From Acidobacteriota bacterium (GTDB lineage Bacteria; Acidobacteriota; Terriglobia; Acidiferrales; UBA7541), in the NCBI GenBank assembly GCA_003131985.1, contig PKWH01000231.1:1-43197 (forward strand): a stretch of 43,197 bases of DNA, read 5' to 3'. Below are positions 1 to 9,832 of the stretch, piece by piece. Numbering within the stretch: the first letter of the stretch is position 1; every line of letters starts with the position of its first letter. A program made the translations under genes and the position numbers. The notes beneath the pieces were generated by a model. It ran no database searches. It was not told the origin of the DNA and was given only the letters and a program-made list of their open reading frames with translations.

Positions 1-1160
1 ACTTCTCCCTGCTTCCCGCTCTGAATCAGGATATGCGGAAAAGGGCCCGTCGTCTGATCCGGCAGGACGAGTACTCCGCCAGAGGCTAGGTCCGTATCGG
101 AACTATCCAGCGAGGCTTGATTCCATGGGGTGAAATAATCTGTCGGAACTGGAACCCCATTTGTCAGGCTCAGTCGCACCAGGCTGTCGCCGTAGTCGAT
201 TGTTGTAGAGGGAGGAGGCGCAGGAGTGGCGACAGTATCGTCACCATTGCCGGTGGCGATATAAGCGTTTCCCGAGGCGTCAGCGGCAATTCCCGCACCG
301 GATTCCCATATTCCGTTGCCTTTCCCATTTGGGGAAGTGCACCAGACTCCGCTCTGGGCCAAAGTAGTTTTATTGTAGGCGAGAATCCAGCCATGCCAGG
401 GCCCATTGTCCCCGTGCGCTGCAAAACCGATATAAACGAATCCATTAAGCAGAAGAAGCCCAGGCCGCTGATTCTCCCACTGCCCGTTGAAGGGCACGCT
501 GGAACCGTTGCCGTCAGTAGCAGTTCCCGGCGCCGAAGCAGTCATCAATACCGGGCCGCCGAGTTTCTCCGCACCCGTGGTGATATCTATGGCGTGCAGG
601 CGGTAAATAATATCGCTGCTCTCTACTGTGTTCACAACAACGTAAAGCGTATTTGTGGTGGGATCAATCGTAGGCGTGCCGGTAATTCCTATTTCAGGAT
701 TGATGTCCTGCGTGCCGCCCACATTGCTGGGAGTAAGCGTGGTTGCGCCGTTTAAAAGAAAAGTTACGTGCCATAGCTGAGAACCGGTGTCGGCATCAAA
801 TGCATAGAGGCTGTCATGCTCCGTGGCAACATACAAAACATTGTGAGTTCCATTCCCCGGAATAGCGACGGCGGGAACGTACAGCGGTTGGGCGTACACA
901 TAGCCATCCACAGTTAGCGAAAATAGCTTTCCGAACGATGTGGAGTTGACATTCGATGGAGTCAACACGGTCTCTGTCGTGTTTTGTCCCGTGCGAGCTG
1001 TATCGTAATGCTGTGTGAGGATGCTGGTCTGGGCAGACACTGGAATCGATGTGAACAAAGCTCCGAGAAGTACAAGAGTCACGTATCGAACAATCACTAG
1101 AGAACGCAGTCGGTAAGCGCTAAGAAATGATCGAGAACGGCTACAAAGAATTAGGGTCAT
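1..1160 (-). CDS. Secreted PQQ-like beta-propeller repeat protein, N-terminal part (3' end runs off the window at position 1)
   Basis: My hand translation of the minus strand from the ATG at 1160..1158 is open to the window edge, so the ORF is absent from the track. It reads MTLILCSRSRSFLSAYRLRSLVIVRYVTLVLLGALFTSIPVSAQTSILTQHYDTARTGQNTTETVLTPSNVNSTSFGKLFSLTVDGYVYAQPLYV..., a signal-peptide-like N-terminus followed by beta-propeller-type repeats. The start codon is uncertain. The + ORF 117..755 is its antisense shadow. Confidence 0.6.
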   Translation of the reverse strand, partial: MTLILCSRSRSFLSAYRLRSLVIVRYVTLVLLGALFTSIPVSAQTSILTQHYDTARTGQNTTETVLTPSNVNSTSFGKLFSLTVDGYVYAQPLYVPAVAIPGNGTHNVLYVATEHDSLYAFDADTGSQLWHVTFLLNGATTLTPSNVGGTQDINPEIGITGTPTIDPTTNTLYVVVNTVESSDIIYRLHAIDITTGAEKLGGPVLMTASAPGTATDGNGSSVPFNGQWENQRPGLLLLNGFVYIGFAAHGDNGPWHGWILAYNKTTLAQSGVWCTSPNGKGNGIWESGAGIAADASGNAYIATGNGDDTVATPAPPPSTTIDYGDSLVRLSLTNGVPVPTDYFTPWNQASLDSSDTDLASGGVLVLPDQTTGPFPHILIQSGKQGE

Positions 1161-1500
1161 CGGTTTTCGCCTGGGAATAACTGGAATAAGAGGACTGGGT
1201 TGTGTAACGGTACCGGAGATCGCTCGAAACTTCATCACAATTCGCACGAATTCGCGGTGCTTTTAGTCCTAGTACTGATTTTTTTTTCGGCGGACCGGTG
1301 GAACGGTGCATTCGGATGGCCGAACTAAAGATTTGATAGACGTCGAGAATGGTTCAAAAGAGGGCACCAAAACCAACACTTTGTGACAATGACGGTGGGA
1401 ACTCGCCTTAGCGGAACGCAGCCCGTATTTTTTTCGCGGTTACGAAGGACAGCAACAGAAAAAAGAACGATGTCGCGCTGGCCTTTCGAGCGTCGAGGCT

Positions 1501-3792
1501 TTATTTGTCGGGGGCTGGAGACGCTCCAAGCAATTTGTTGATCTCATCCGCCTGACTAATCTTCGGATTGATCTCGAGCGCACGTGCGAATTCCTTCTTG
1601 GCCATCGAGAGATTGTTGGCCTTCTGATAAGCCATGCCGAGGTGATAATGATACGTCGCGCTGTTCGGGCTGCCTTTAACTGCTTCCTGCAACGCTTCGA
1701 TAGCGGCGTTATAAGCGCCTTGCTGATAGTAGGCCCAACCGAGAGTATCTGCCGAATTCGGCAAATTGGGCAGACCCTTGCGCGCGGTTTGAGCCAACGA
1801 AAATGCCACGTTGGCGTTACCCCCATGCTCCAGCATTAGGTATGCGAGGTTATTTGCTGCTAGCGGATAATCTGGTTGGATCTCCAAGGCCTTCTGGTAG
1901 ATATCTTCCGCCTGCTGCCAATCATTGCGTGCTTCTAATGCGCTACCGAGACCAAGGTAGAGGCGCACATCATTCGGATTGTCCTGAATAGCTCGCTGGT
2001 AGGTGGCGATAACCTGATCAATCGATCCCCGGGCCGCCTGAATGTTTGCGAACAAAAGAACTGCCTGCACGTTGTGCTTATCAAGCTCAACAGCCTTCTG
2101 AGCTGCGTTCTCGGCTTTCTCCTGTTCTTTGCTGCGAAGTTCGATTTGGCCGAGCAGAAGATAAAAAGGGCTACTGTTAGGCACAAGCGCGATCTGCTCT
2201 TGCACCATGCGCAAAGCTTTGGCTGGCTCGTTGCGTGCAACAGCTATGTCCAAGAGCCCGGTGAGCGCATCGGCAGATGACGGAGCAAGTTTAAGCGCCT
2301 GACCAAAGTATTTCTCGGCTTCGTCGTACTTCTTCTGCGCCATGCGCAGATTGCCCATTTTGATATATCCGTCAGGATTCTGTGGCGCCACCTCGATGGC
2401 CTTCTTCAAATCGGTTTCCGCAGCACCCGGATTTCCCAGCCAGAAAAAAGCTTCGCCCTCGTAGATGTATCCGTCGGATGCGCCAGGAGAGATAGACTTG
2501 AGGTCCGCGCCACTTTCCGCCAAGAGTTTCGAATCGTGCTTTTGCAATGCGAGGGCCGCAAGCGCCCGATGGGCGTCGGCCATGGACGGCTGTAGCCGGG
2601 CAGCGTTTCGCCATTCGGTCTCAGCTTGACCCAAGTTTTTTGTGCCCGCGTAAGCAAGTCCAAGTTGAAAATGTCCGACTGCGTTGTCGGGCGCGTCCTT
2701 AAGCGCCGGCTCCAGCATGTGGATTGCATCGGCATATTTCTGCTGGCGATTAAAAATTGCGCCGCGGAGGATCATGGCGGCAGGATCCGAAGGAAGATTT
2801 TTCAGGATGGCGTCGCTGACCTTGGCAGCTTCGTCCAATTGGTTTTGCTGGATCAGTAGTTGGGCGTATGCCTCGGCGATGGCATTGTCTTTCGGATGCT
2901 GAGAATAGAGCGTGCCGAACTCCGCGACTGCTTTGTCTAATTCGCCCTGGCTTGCATAGAAATCTCCGAGCAACCGGTAGCCGGCAGGATTGTCTTTCAA
3001 TGCGGTCTTGGCTTGCTGAATCGTTTGTTCGGCCGCGGGCTTCTTATCCTCTGCGAGATAAAGATTAGCCAGAGCAATCCGAGGCGACGGGCTCTGTGGA
3101 TCGAGAGCGATGGCCGCTTGATATTGCTTTTCCGCATCCGGCCAGCGTTTTTGCCGCTGGTAAAAATTTCCGAGGGCAATTAACGAAGGCATGGATTTCG
3201 GATCAAACGAAATCGCTTTCGAATAGTTTTGTTCCGCAGCAGCCATTTCATTCGATCTTTCATACATAAATGCGAGGCTCAGATAAGACTGGGAGCGCTT
3301 TGGATCCATCTGTACGGCTTGTTGAGCCTCACTCAAGCCTTTTTTCGCGTCTCCGAGCGCCGCATCCGAATTGGAAAGAATCACCTCCGCCTGCGCATTG
3401 CGGGGATCGTTTTTCAACACGATCGCGGCGCGATCGTGCGCGTCTTGAAACCTCCGGCCGGTGAAATACAGTTCCGCAAGATCGAGCTGCGCTTTTAAGT
3501 TGGAAGGATCGAGTTCGACGGCGCGGCTCAGCTCCTGAAAACCATGGGTCCAGTCGCCTTTTTTGACAAGAGAGCGCCCCAACTCGTAATGCGCTTCCGC
3601 GAACTTCGGATCGATCTGGATAGCATTTTGATATTCGATAACGGCTTCCTCGTATTTGCCCTTCTCGAAGTATGAAAGCCCTTTGTCGAGATATTCCTTC
3701 TTACGGATCTGCGGATCGCGAGTGCATCCGGCTATTAGCGCGGCGGCTATAAGCAAGCCAGCCCATGGGTACAGCATCTTGCTAGATTTCAT
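1501..3792 (-). CDS. TPR-repeat lipoprotein, PrsT-like (PEP-CTERM/exosortase-system TPR protein type)
   Basis: 763-aa ORF with a lipoprotein signal and lipobox (LLIAAALIAGC). The rest is tandem TPR units with repeated A..Y..G/A..A...Y..AL..DP patterns. Subfamily assignment rests on locus context only. Confidence 0.8.
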   Translation of the reverse strand: MKSSKMLYPWAGLLIAAALIAGCTRDPQIRKKEYLDKGLSYFEKGKYEEAVIEYQNAIQIDPKFAEAHYELGRSLVKKGDWTHGFQELSRAVELDPSNLKAQLDLAELYFTGRRFQDAHDRAAIVLKNDPRNAQAEVILSNSDAALGDAKKGLSEAQQAVQMDPKRSQSYLSLAFMYERSNEMAAAEQNYSKAISFDPKSMPSLIALGNFYQRQKRWPDAEKQYQAAIALDPQSPSPRIALANLYLAEDKKPAAEQTIQQAKTALKDNPAGYRLLGDFYASQGELDKAVAEFGTLYSQHPKDNAIAEAYAQLLIQQNQLDEAAKVSDAILKNLPSDPAAMILRGAIFNRQQKYADAIHMLEPALKDAPDNAVGHFQLGLAYAGTKNLGQAETEWRNAARLQPSMADAHRALAALALQKHDSKLLAESGADLKSISPGASDGYIYEGEAFFWLGNPGAAETDLKKAIEVAPQNPDGYIKMGNLRMAQKKYDEAEKYFGQALKLAPSSADALTGLLDIAVARNEPAKALRMVQEQIALVPNSSPFYLLLGQIELRSKEQEKAENAAQKAVELDKHNVQAVLLFANIQAARGSIDQVIATYQRAIQDNPNDVRLYLGLGSALEARNDWQQAEDIYQKALEIQPDYPLAANNLAYLMLEHGGNANVAFSLAQTARKGLPNLPNSADTLGWAYYQQGAYNAAIEALQEAVKGSPNSATYHYHLGMAYQKANNLSMAKKEFARALEINPKISQADEINKLLGASPAPDK

Positions 3793-4152
3793 TTCGACCT
3801 TTCGTAGCTAGCTTCGACCGGCTCGTAGAATTCTATCGCTTCGAACGAACGCAATCCAGCTAGCCGTTGCATATTGCGCCCGTTCAGCTAACTGCCTTTC
3901 TATCTAATTCAAAACAAGTACTTTACTATCATCCCATGACAGCCTTACCTCTATCGGAGGTCTCTACCACGATTGTGAGATAATATGTTCTCGGCAGACG
4001 GGCATAAAGGGAAAGTATTTTACCCATTCGTGGAAAGTTCCTAGGATTTCGGCAGGGCGCTCGGTTAGCCTACTCTGGATTAAATTGTCTGTAAGTCTAA
4101 CAACAACTGATGGTTAGCAGCATACTGATGCAATAGAAGCAATTTTGGACCC

Positions 4153-4168
4153 TGGCAACCCCGTTGCA
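4153..4168 (+). promoter_or_regulatory. Candidate sigma-54 (-24/-12) promoter, TGGCAA-N5-TTGCA
   Basis: Sequence cTGGCAAccccgTTGCAg has canonical GG-N10-GC spacing and matches 10 of the specified consensus positions (TGGCAC-N5-TTGCW). It lies in the 445-bp divergent intergenic region, about 70 nt upstream of the first + strand gene (ATG 4238). Confidence 0.55.
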
Positions 4169-4237
4169 GTCATTACTGGGCGTACGGTAGTTCCATATAC
4201 GTGCGGGCTACTGTGAATAAGGATAAGAAGGACAATT

Positions 4238-5203
4238 ATGGCGAGCAACGGGGTCGGAATCGCATCTGTGAAAGAGGAATGGGGCTTTGTGGGCGGCATG
4301 TGCGCCGCAATGCAAACACTGGAAAACGTGGTTGCTGAGATTGCGCCGACCAATATACCGGTTCTGCTTGTAGGGGAAAGCGGCACTGGCAAAGAAATGT
4401 TCGCTCGAAGAATTCACCACCTTTCGGCGAATGCTGACGAGCCGCTGATGAAGATCGCTTGCGCTTCCATGAATCTGCCGAATTTTGCAGGCGAGCTTGG
4501 ATTAAACAAAGCAGACGTATCTGGAGAAGGGTTTAAAACCCTGACCGGGACCGTTTTCTTCGATGAGATCAGTGAGCTTGACGCACCCTGTCAGCGCAGT
4601 CTCCTTTACGCATTGCCGGACGGCGAAGCGCAACCTCGTCGGGGATCGCTTGGTGCTCGAGTGATTTCTACAACCAACCGGAACCTCGATGATGAAATGA
4701 GAGCGGGACGTTTTCGCAGCGAGCTTTACTATCGCATCAACGGGGTGTGCTTGCGTCTGCCTCCCCTGCGAGATCGCAAAGAAGACATCCCTCTTCTCGT
4801 GGAGTCTTTTTTGACGAAGTATGCAGCGGAATTTGGCCGACCGCGGCCTTCGTTGAGCCCGCGCGCGCTCCGAATGTTACTGGATTATTCCTGGCCGGGG
4901 AATATACGTGAACTTGAGAATGCAGTGAAGAAAATTGTGGCGTTAGGTGCGGAAAATCTCGGACTGCCTGAGCTGGTTGCCGAACCAGTCGAGGTGAGGA
5001 CCGAGGTTACTGAGTTGCGCAGCTACTCCTTAAAGGCTGCTGCCCGAGCCGCGTCTCGAGAGGCTGAGCGGGAAATGATATTGGAAGCACTGGCGCGCAC
5101 CCGCTGGAATCGTAAGCGAGCCGCACAAGAATTGCAGATCAGCTACAAGTCCCTTCTCTATAAGTTGAAGCAGATCGGCCTGCCGGATTCCAGAACCGAA
5201 TAG
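4238..5203 (+). CDS. AAA+ enhancer-binding-protein-family transcriptional regulator with no receiver domain and a degenerate GAFTGA loop
   Basis: Walker A VLLVGESGTGKE, Walker B VFFDEISEL, RFRSELYYRINGV, PLRDRKEDIP and WPGNIRELEN are all present. The C-terminal Fis-type HTH reads RWNRKRAAQELQISYKSLLYKLK. The ORF starts directly at the AAA+ core. The GAFTGA position aligns to ADVSGE. RBS aagaagga lies upstream. Confidence 0.8.
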   Translation: MASNGVGIASVKEEWGFVGGMCAAMQTLENVVAEIAPTNIPVLLVGESGTGKEMFARRIHHLSANADEPLMKIACASMNLPNFAGELGLNKADVSGEGFKTLTGTVFFDEISELDAPCQRSLLYALPDGEAQPRRGSLGARVISTTNRNLDDEMRAGRFRSELYYRINGVCLRLPPLRDRKEDIPLLVESFLTKYAAEFGRPRPSLSPRALRMLLDYSWPGNIRELENAVKKIVALGAENLGLPELVAEPVEVRTEVTELRSYSLKAAARAASREAEREMILEALARTRWNRKRAAQELQISYKSLLYKLKQIGLPDSRTE

Positions 5204-5221
5204 CCGAAGTAGGAGAGCAAG

Positions 5222-5857
5222 ATGCTTAGACGATTGCAGGTGTGGATGATTCTTTCGCTGATCGCGGTCGTAATGCCCGCGCAAGCTCAGCAAGCTCCGA
5301 GCGATAAGCAGCCGGCGGCGCAGTCTGGCGCGGCGGACACAAACGCTGCGGCTCAGAAAGCCGTTACGCAGGATCCTAATTACATCATTGGGGCGCAGGA
5401 TGTGTTGGACGTCAGTGTGTGGAAAGAGCCCGAGGTTTCCCGTACGGTTCCGGTTCGCCCCGACGGGAAAATTTCGCTGCCGCTGCTGAACGACGTGCAG
5501 GCCGCCGGCATGACGCCGTCCCAATTGGCGGCGCAGATCACCGTGAGCCTGAAAAAATTTGTTACCACCCCGCAGGTAACGGTGATCGTTACGACCATCA
5601 ACAGCCAGCGAATTTACATCATCGGCGAAGTGACACGCCCTGGCGCGTTTCCGATGCTGCCAGGAATGAACGTGCTGCAGGGTCTTTCAAGCGCGGGAGG
5701 ATTTACACAATTCGCGAAGACCAAGAGTATCTACGTTCTGAGGATGGAAAACGGAAAGCAGCAGAAATATCCAGTGAATTATAAAGAAGTAGTTAGCGGG
5801 AAACACCCGGAGCAAGACATTTCGCTAAAGGCCGGGGACACGATCGTGGTGCCGTAG
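5222..5857 (+). CDS. Periplasmic polysaccharide export protein (Wza/EpsE-like, Poly_export plus SLBB)
   Basis: Signal peptide MLRRLQVWMILSLIAVVMPAQA. The motif block YIIGAQDVLDVSVWKEPEVSRTVPVRPDGKISLPLLNDVQAAGMTPSQLA...IYIIGEVTRPGAF is typical of this family. Confidence 0.85.
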   Translation: MLRRLQVWMILSLIAVVMPAQAQQAPSDKQPAAQSGAADTNAAAQKAVTQDPNYIIGAQDVLDVSVWKEPEVSRTVPVRPDGKISLPLLNDVQAAGMTPSQLAAQITVSLKKFVTTPQVTVIVTTINSQRIYIIGEVTRPGAFPMLPGMNVLQGLSSAGGFTQFAKTKSIYVLRMENGKQQKYPVNYKEVVSGKHPEQDISLKAGDTIVVP

Positions 5858-5865
5858 AAGAGCCA

Positions 5866-7314
5866 ATGCGCAAAACGCTTCACATATTCGGAGCTGCAAT
5901 TTGTGTTGTGGCGCTAGGTGCGTCATCGGCCCGGGCTCAGCAGCAGACCCAGGATCAGCCGATCCCCGCCTATCATTCACCGCTTGCTTCGCAGGCCGAC
6001 AACGGTGATCCAAATGCTCCTCCGCCTCAGCTTTTGCCCGACAACCACGCCTTAACCGGGCCCCAGGACCCATCTCTGGGAGTGCCCTCGAGCAACCACA
6101 GCTATTGGACTCCGCACGTTGACCTGTCGGTCACACTTGATTCGGAGCCTCCCGTTACGGGCGGCGATGGAGGATGGACCACTTGGACTAGCCTCACAGG
6201 AGGCGTTGACCTGCGCTGGATGTCGGGACGGTCTGACATGACGTTGAATTATGTAGGCGGTGGTGTTTTTTCGAACGACGGAAGTGCCAGCAATGGAGTT
6301 GTGCAGGACTTAAATTTCGTGGACAGATTCACCTTTCGGCGTTGGGCGCTCACTGTTATTGAACAAGCGTCTTACACGCCTGAAACTGCTTTCGGGTCCG
6401 GTGGATTCCCGGGGATTTCCGTGCCCGGTGGAGCGCCGGGGCTGGGAGGACTTATTCCCGGCCAGACCATTATCACCAACGAAGGACAGCGCTTCTTTAA
6501 TACTTCTCTCGGTGAGGTTGACGTATTTCTTACACCGCGCTCGTCTCTGACGTTTTCGGGAGGTTATTCTCTCTTGCATACTTTCGACGAGAATCTCCTG
6601 GATTACGGAGATGAAATCGCTGAGGCGGGATACAACTACCAGGTCACTCGGAAAGACTCCGTCGGGGTTTCCTATGTGTTTAGCGGATTCCGTTATAACA
6701 ACTTCGACGAGTCAATCAATACGAACACCTTACTGCTATCTTACGGTCGAAGTATTACGGGCCGCTTGGCATTCCGTATTGGAGCCGGGCCGGAATTTGC
6801 CTCGATCAATACCCCCATCATTCCAGGAACTGGCGTCGGCACCATCGGGCCGCCTTCGGGGGGCTCCGTAAACAACCTATATTGGTTCCTCTCGACGTCG
6901 GTGCAATATCAAATGGAACGGACTGCATTATCGGCAGCTTATAGCCATGGCGTCGCCGGCGGATCTGGTGTGCTGGGCGGCTCACTGGCTGACACGGTGA
7001 CGGGTTCCGCGTCGCGGCAATTATCGCGAGTTTCTAGCGGCAACTGGAACGTCGGATACTCCAGAAACTCAGGATTGACTGCTACCGGGTTGCCGCAGAT
7101 CCCGAATTCAAATCAAACCTACGACTATTGGTTTACCGGCGTGAATTATACGCGTTCGTGGGGACGATCCTTAAACATGAACGTGGGATACCAATTGCAG
7201 TACCAAAATTCGAATTCTTCTTTCTGTACCGGAGCCGGATGTGGAGGAAGCTTTACTCGTAATCTGATTACATTTGGTGTGGGTTGGCGTAAACAGCCAA
7301 TCCCGATTGAATAA
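5866..7314 (+). CDS. Putative outer-membrane beta-barrel protein of the EPS export module (EpsL-like by position)
   Basis: Signal peptide (ICVVALGASSARAQQ). The sequence is Gly/Ser/Tyr/Asn-rich with alternating amphipathic strands, for example VGVSYVFSGFRYNN and NVGYQLQYQNSN. It sits between the Wza-like and Wzz-like genes. No specific family motif was recognised. Confidence 0.5.
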   Translation: MRKTLHIFGAAICVVALGASSARAQQQTQDQPIPAYHSPLASQADNGDPNAPPPQLLPDNHALTGPQDPSLGVPSSNHSYWTPHVDLSVTLDSEPPVTGGDGGWTTWTSLTGGVDLRWMSGRSDMTLNYVGGGVFSNDGSASNGVVQDLNFVDRFTFRRWALTVIEQASYTPETAFGSGGFPGISVPGGAPGLGGLIPGQTIITNEGQRFFNTSLGEVDVFLTPRSSLTFSGGYSLLHTFDENLLDYGDEIAEAGYNYQVTRKDSVGVSYVFSGFRYNNFDESINTNTLLLSYGRSITGRLAFRIGAGPEFASINTPIIPGTGVGTIGPPSGGSVNNLYWFLSTSVQYQMERTALSAAYSHGVAGGSGVLGGSLADTVTGSASRQLSRVSSGNWNVGYSRNSGLTATGLPQIPNSNQTYDYWFTGVNYTRSWGRSLNMNVGYQLQYQNSNSSFCTGAGCGGSFTRNLITFGVGWRKQPIPIE

Positions 7315-7349
7315 CGACATTAAATCGAGAATCGGAAAAAGAGGGTGGA

Positions 7350-8870
7350 ATGGCTCAACGTGAATTAACTCAAGCAGACTACATCGCTATCTTAAAGCGC
7401 CGGTGGGTGCTGATAACTGTTTTGGCTTTGATTGGAGCTCCGCTGGCGTACGGCGTCTCGCGGATGCTGCCGAACCGCTACAAGTCGCAAACCCTCGTGC
7501 TCGTAGAGCCGCCCACGGTGCCAACAGACTTTGTGAAGCCGGTAATTACGACGGAAATCAACGAACGTTTGGCGAGTATGCAGGAAGAAATCCTAAGCAG
7601 AACGCGACTTGAGCCCATTATCCATCAATACGGGTTGTATTCCGGAGATGTGAACCGAGTACCTCCCGACGCGCTCGTAGCGCGACTTCAAAAGGATATT
7701 GAAATAACTCCGATTGAGCCAATGGCTGAGACACGCTCACAAGAGCTGCCGGGTTTTCACATTATCGTGACCTTGGACAATCCGCGGACGGCTCAGGAGG
7801 TTTGTTCGGCCGTCACGCACATGTTCATTGAAGAGAGCATTCGCCTCCGACAACAGCGTTCGGAAGATACCACCCAGTTCATAGCTCAACAGCTTGTAGA
7901 TGCAAAAGCAAAACTCGATGAACAGGACACGAAGCTGGCGGCGTTCAAGAGCCGCTATATCGGATCACTCCCGGATGAAGAGCAAGGAAACCTGAATCTC
8001 TTAATGGGACTGACTTCGCAACTTGATGCGGCGACACAAGCGCTGGCACGCGCCCAACAAGACAAGAGTTTTGCGGAATCCATGCTGGCGCAACAGGTGG
8101 GAGCTTGGCAAGCGGCTCAAAGCGGCACGAGTCCCGAAACAGTGGATATGCAGCTGACTGCGTTGCAAACGCAGCTCGCAAATCTCCAATCGAAATATAC
8201 CGATGACTATCCGGATGTGATAAAGACCAAAAATGCGATCGCTGCGCTGCAAAAAAGGCTAGCCGATAGCGATCCTCCCAAAGCCTCTAATGATGGTAAG
8301 CCTTCGAAAACGACCTCGGAACCGGCTCAAATCGCGCAATTGCGAGCTGAAATTCACACTACGGACCAAGTGATCGCTGAGAAGACCAAGGAACAAGCCA
8401 AGATTCAGCAGGAGATCAAAGTTTATCAGGACCGCGTGCAATCGAGCCCCGCTGTGGAACAGCAATACAAAGAGCTGACACGCGATTACCAAACGGCACT
8501 CGATTTCTATAACGATCTATTGAAGAAGAGAGACCAATCGACAATGGCGACTGACCTTGAACGTCACCAGGAAGGTGAACAGTTCAAGATTCTCGACCCT
8601 GCCAATTTACCGGATCAGCCTTCATTTCCAAATCGCCCGGCTTTCACACTGGGAGGATTGGGAGGAGGCTTAGCCTTGGGCCTCGCCATTGCGTTTCTTC
8701 TGGAGTCCCGAGACACCTCATTTAGAACCGAGCGAGACGTCGAATTCGCCTTGCGGCTGCCAGTGCTCGCCATGGTTCCGGCGATCGAACTATTGGTGGG
8801 TCCGAAGTCTAAGCATTCCGTTGTTCAGAAACCGGACGATGCTTCCATAGAAGCCGGAGCGAGGGCCTAA
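7350..8870 (+). CDS. Polysaccharide chain-length determinant (Wzz/GumC/EpsF-like)
   Basis: N-terminal Wzz motif (DYIAILKRRWVLITVLALIGAPLAYGVSRMLPNRYKS), a long coiled-coil middle region, and a C-terminal TM segment (FTLGGLGGGLALGLAIAFLLE). Confidence 0.8.
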   Translation: MAQRELTQADYIAILKRRWVLITVLALIGAPLAYGVSRMLPNRYKSQTLVLVEPPTVPTDFVKPVITTEINERLASMQEEILSRTRLEPIIHQYGLYSGDVNRVPPDALVARLQKDIEITPIEPMAETRSQELPGFHIIVTLDNPRTAQEVCSAVTHMFIEESIRLRQQRSEDTTQFIAQQLVDAKAKLDEQDTKLAAFKSRYIGSLPDEEQGNLNLLMGLTSQLDAATQALARAQQDKSFAESMLAQQVGAWQAAQSGTSPETVDMQLTALQTQLANLQSKYTDDYPDVIKTKNAIAALQKRLADSDPPKASNDGKPSKTTSEPAQIAQLRAEIHTTDQVIAEKTKEQAKIQQEIKVYQDRVQSSPAVEQQYKELTRDYQTALDFYNDLLKKRDQSTMATDLERHQEGEQFKILDPANLPDQPSFPNRPAFTLGGLGGGLALGLAIAFLLESRDTSFRTERDVEFALRLPVLAMVPAIELLVGPKSKHSVVQKPDDASIEAGARA

Positions 8871-8875
8871 ACGAA

Positions 8876-9832
8876 ATGTACCAGAAATTTTTTGGGCTTC
8901 GCGAAAGCCCGTTCAATGTTAACCCCGATCCTCGTTATCTCTTTCTGACGAAACAAATTCAGGAAGCGCTAGCAGGCTTGACCTACGGCATTCAGAATCG
9001 TAAGGGCTTCATTTTGCTTACGGGAGAGGTTGGCACAGGCAAGACAACGCTGCTGAACCGGTTGCTCGATTGGTTGCACGGGCAGAGAGTGGCGACGGCA
9101 TTCGTCTTCAATTCACAAGTCAATGTCAGCCAGCTTTTTGATTTCATGATGGCTGACTTCGAAATTCCGTGCGAGACGCGGCACAAGAGCCAGGTGTTGC
9201 TCCGTCTCAACGCGTGGTTACTCGATCGGTATCGAGCCGGCGAGACAGCGGTTCTGATTGTGGACGAGGCCCAGAACCTGTCGCTTCAAGTACTCGAGGA
9301 AATTCGTTTGCTGACCAATCTCGAAACCTCGACGGAAAAATTGCTTCAGATCGTGCTCACAGGGCAGCCGGAACTGGAAGAGAAACTGAAATTGCCACAA
9401 TTGCGGCAGCTGCGGCAACGGATCACGTTAAGGTGCCGGACCGGCGCATTAACCCTGGAGGAGACGTTCGGGTACATCGCTGAACGTTTACGTATCGCCG
9501 GCGCAAATGGGGAGCCGATATTTTCGAAAGAGGCTATTCAGACCGTTCACTTATATTCACGAGGAATTCCTCGAATCGTCAACTTGCTTTGCGAACATGC
9601 TTTGATCAATGCGTACGTTGACCATTTGCGGCCCGTTCCTGCCTATTTGGTGGAAGAGGTAGCGCGGGAATTTCAGCTTGACGAGATCGAGCCCATCGCA
9701 CCTGCAGGGGTTTCGAATGGTAACAAGCAGCCCATAGACGCCCAGGTCTTGCTCCAGAATCTAGATGAATTGCTCAATCGTTTGCGCGAGGCGAATATCA
9801 TGCCGGTAACGATGCGCGAAAGGAAACCATGA
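8876..9832 (+). CDS. ExeA-like AAA ATPase (XrtA/PEP-CTERM-system-associated ATPase type)
   Basis: FFGLRESPFNVNPDPRYLFLTKQIQEAL...GFILLTGEVGTGKTTLL and Walker B VLIVDEAQNL are characteristic of ExeA/GspA-type ATPases found in these loci. Confidence 0.8.
   Translation: MYQKFFGLRESPFNVNPDPRYLFLTKQIQEALAGLTYGIQNRKGFILLTGEVGTGKTTLLNRLLDWLHGQRVATAFVFNSQVNVSQLFDFMMADFEIPCETRHKSQVLLRLNAWLLDRYRAGETAVLIVDEAQNLSLQVLEEIRLLTNLETSTEKLLQIVLTGQPELEEKLKLPQLRQLRQRITLRCRTGALTLEETFGYIAERLRIAGANGEPIFSKEAIQTVHLYSRGIPRIVNLLCEHALINAYVDHLRPVPAYLVEEVAREFQLDEIEPIAPAGVSNGNKQPIDAQVLLQNLDELLNRLREANIMPVTMRERKP

Noticed and set aside
117-755. A 212-aa + strand ORF, and the 91-aa minus-strand ORF at 170..445, near the window start.
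   Set aside because: The translation is Arg/Cys/Ser-rich junk. The minus-strand frame starting at 1160 is open to the window edge and gives a coherent signal peptide plus beta-propeller sequence. These ORFs are antisense or off-frame shadows.
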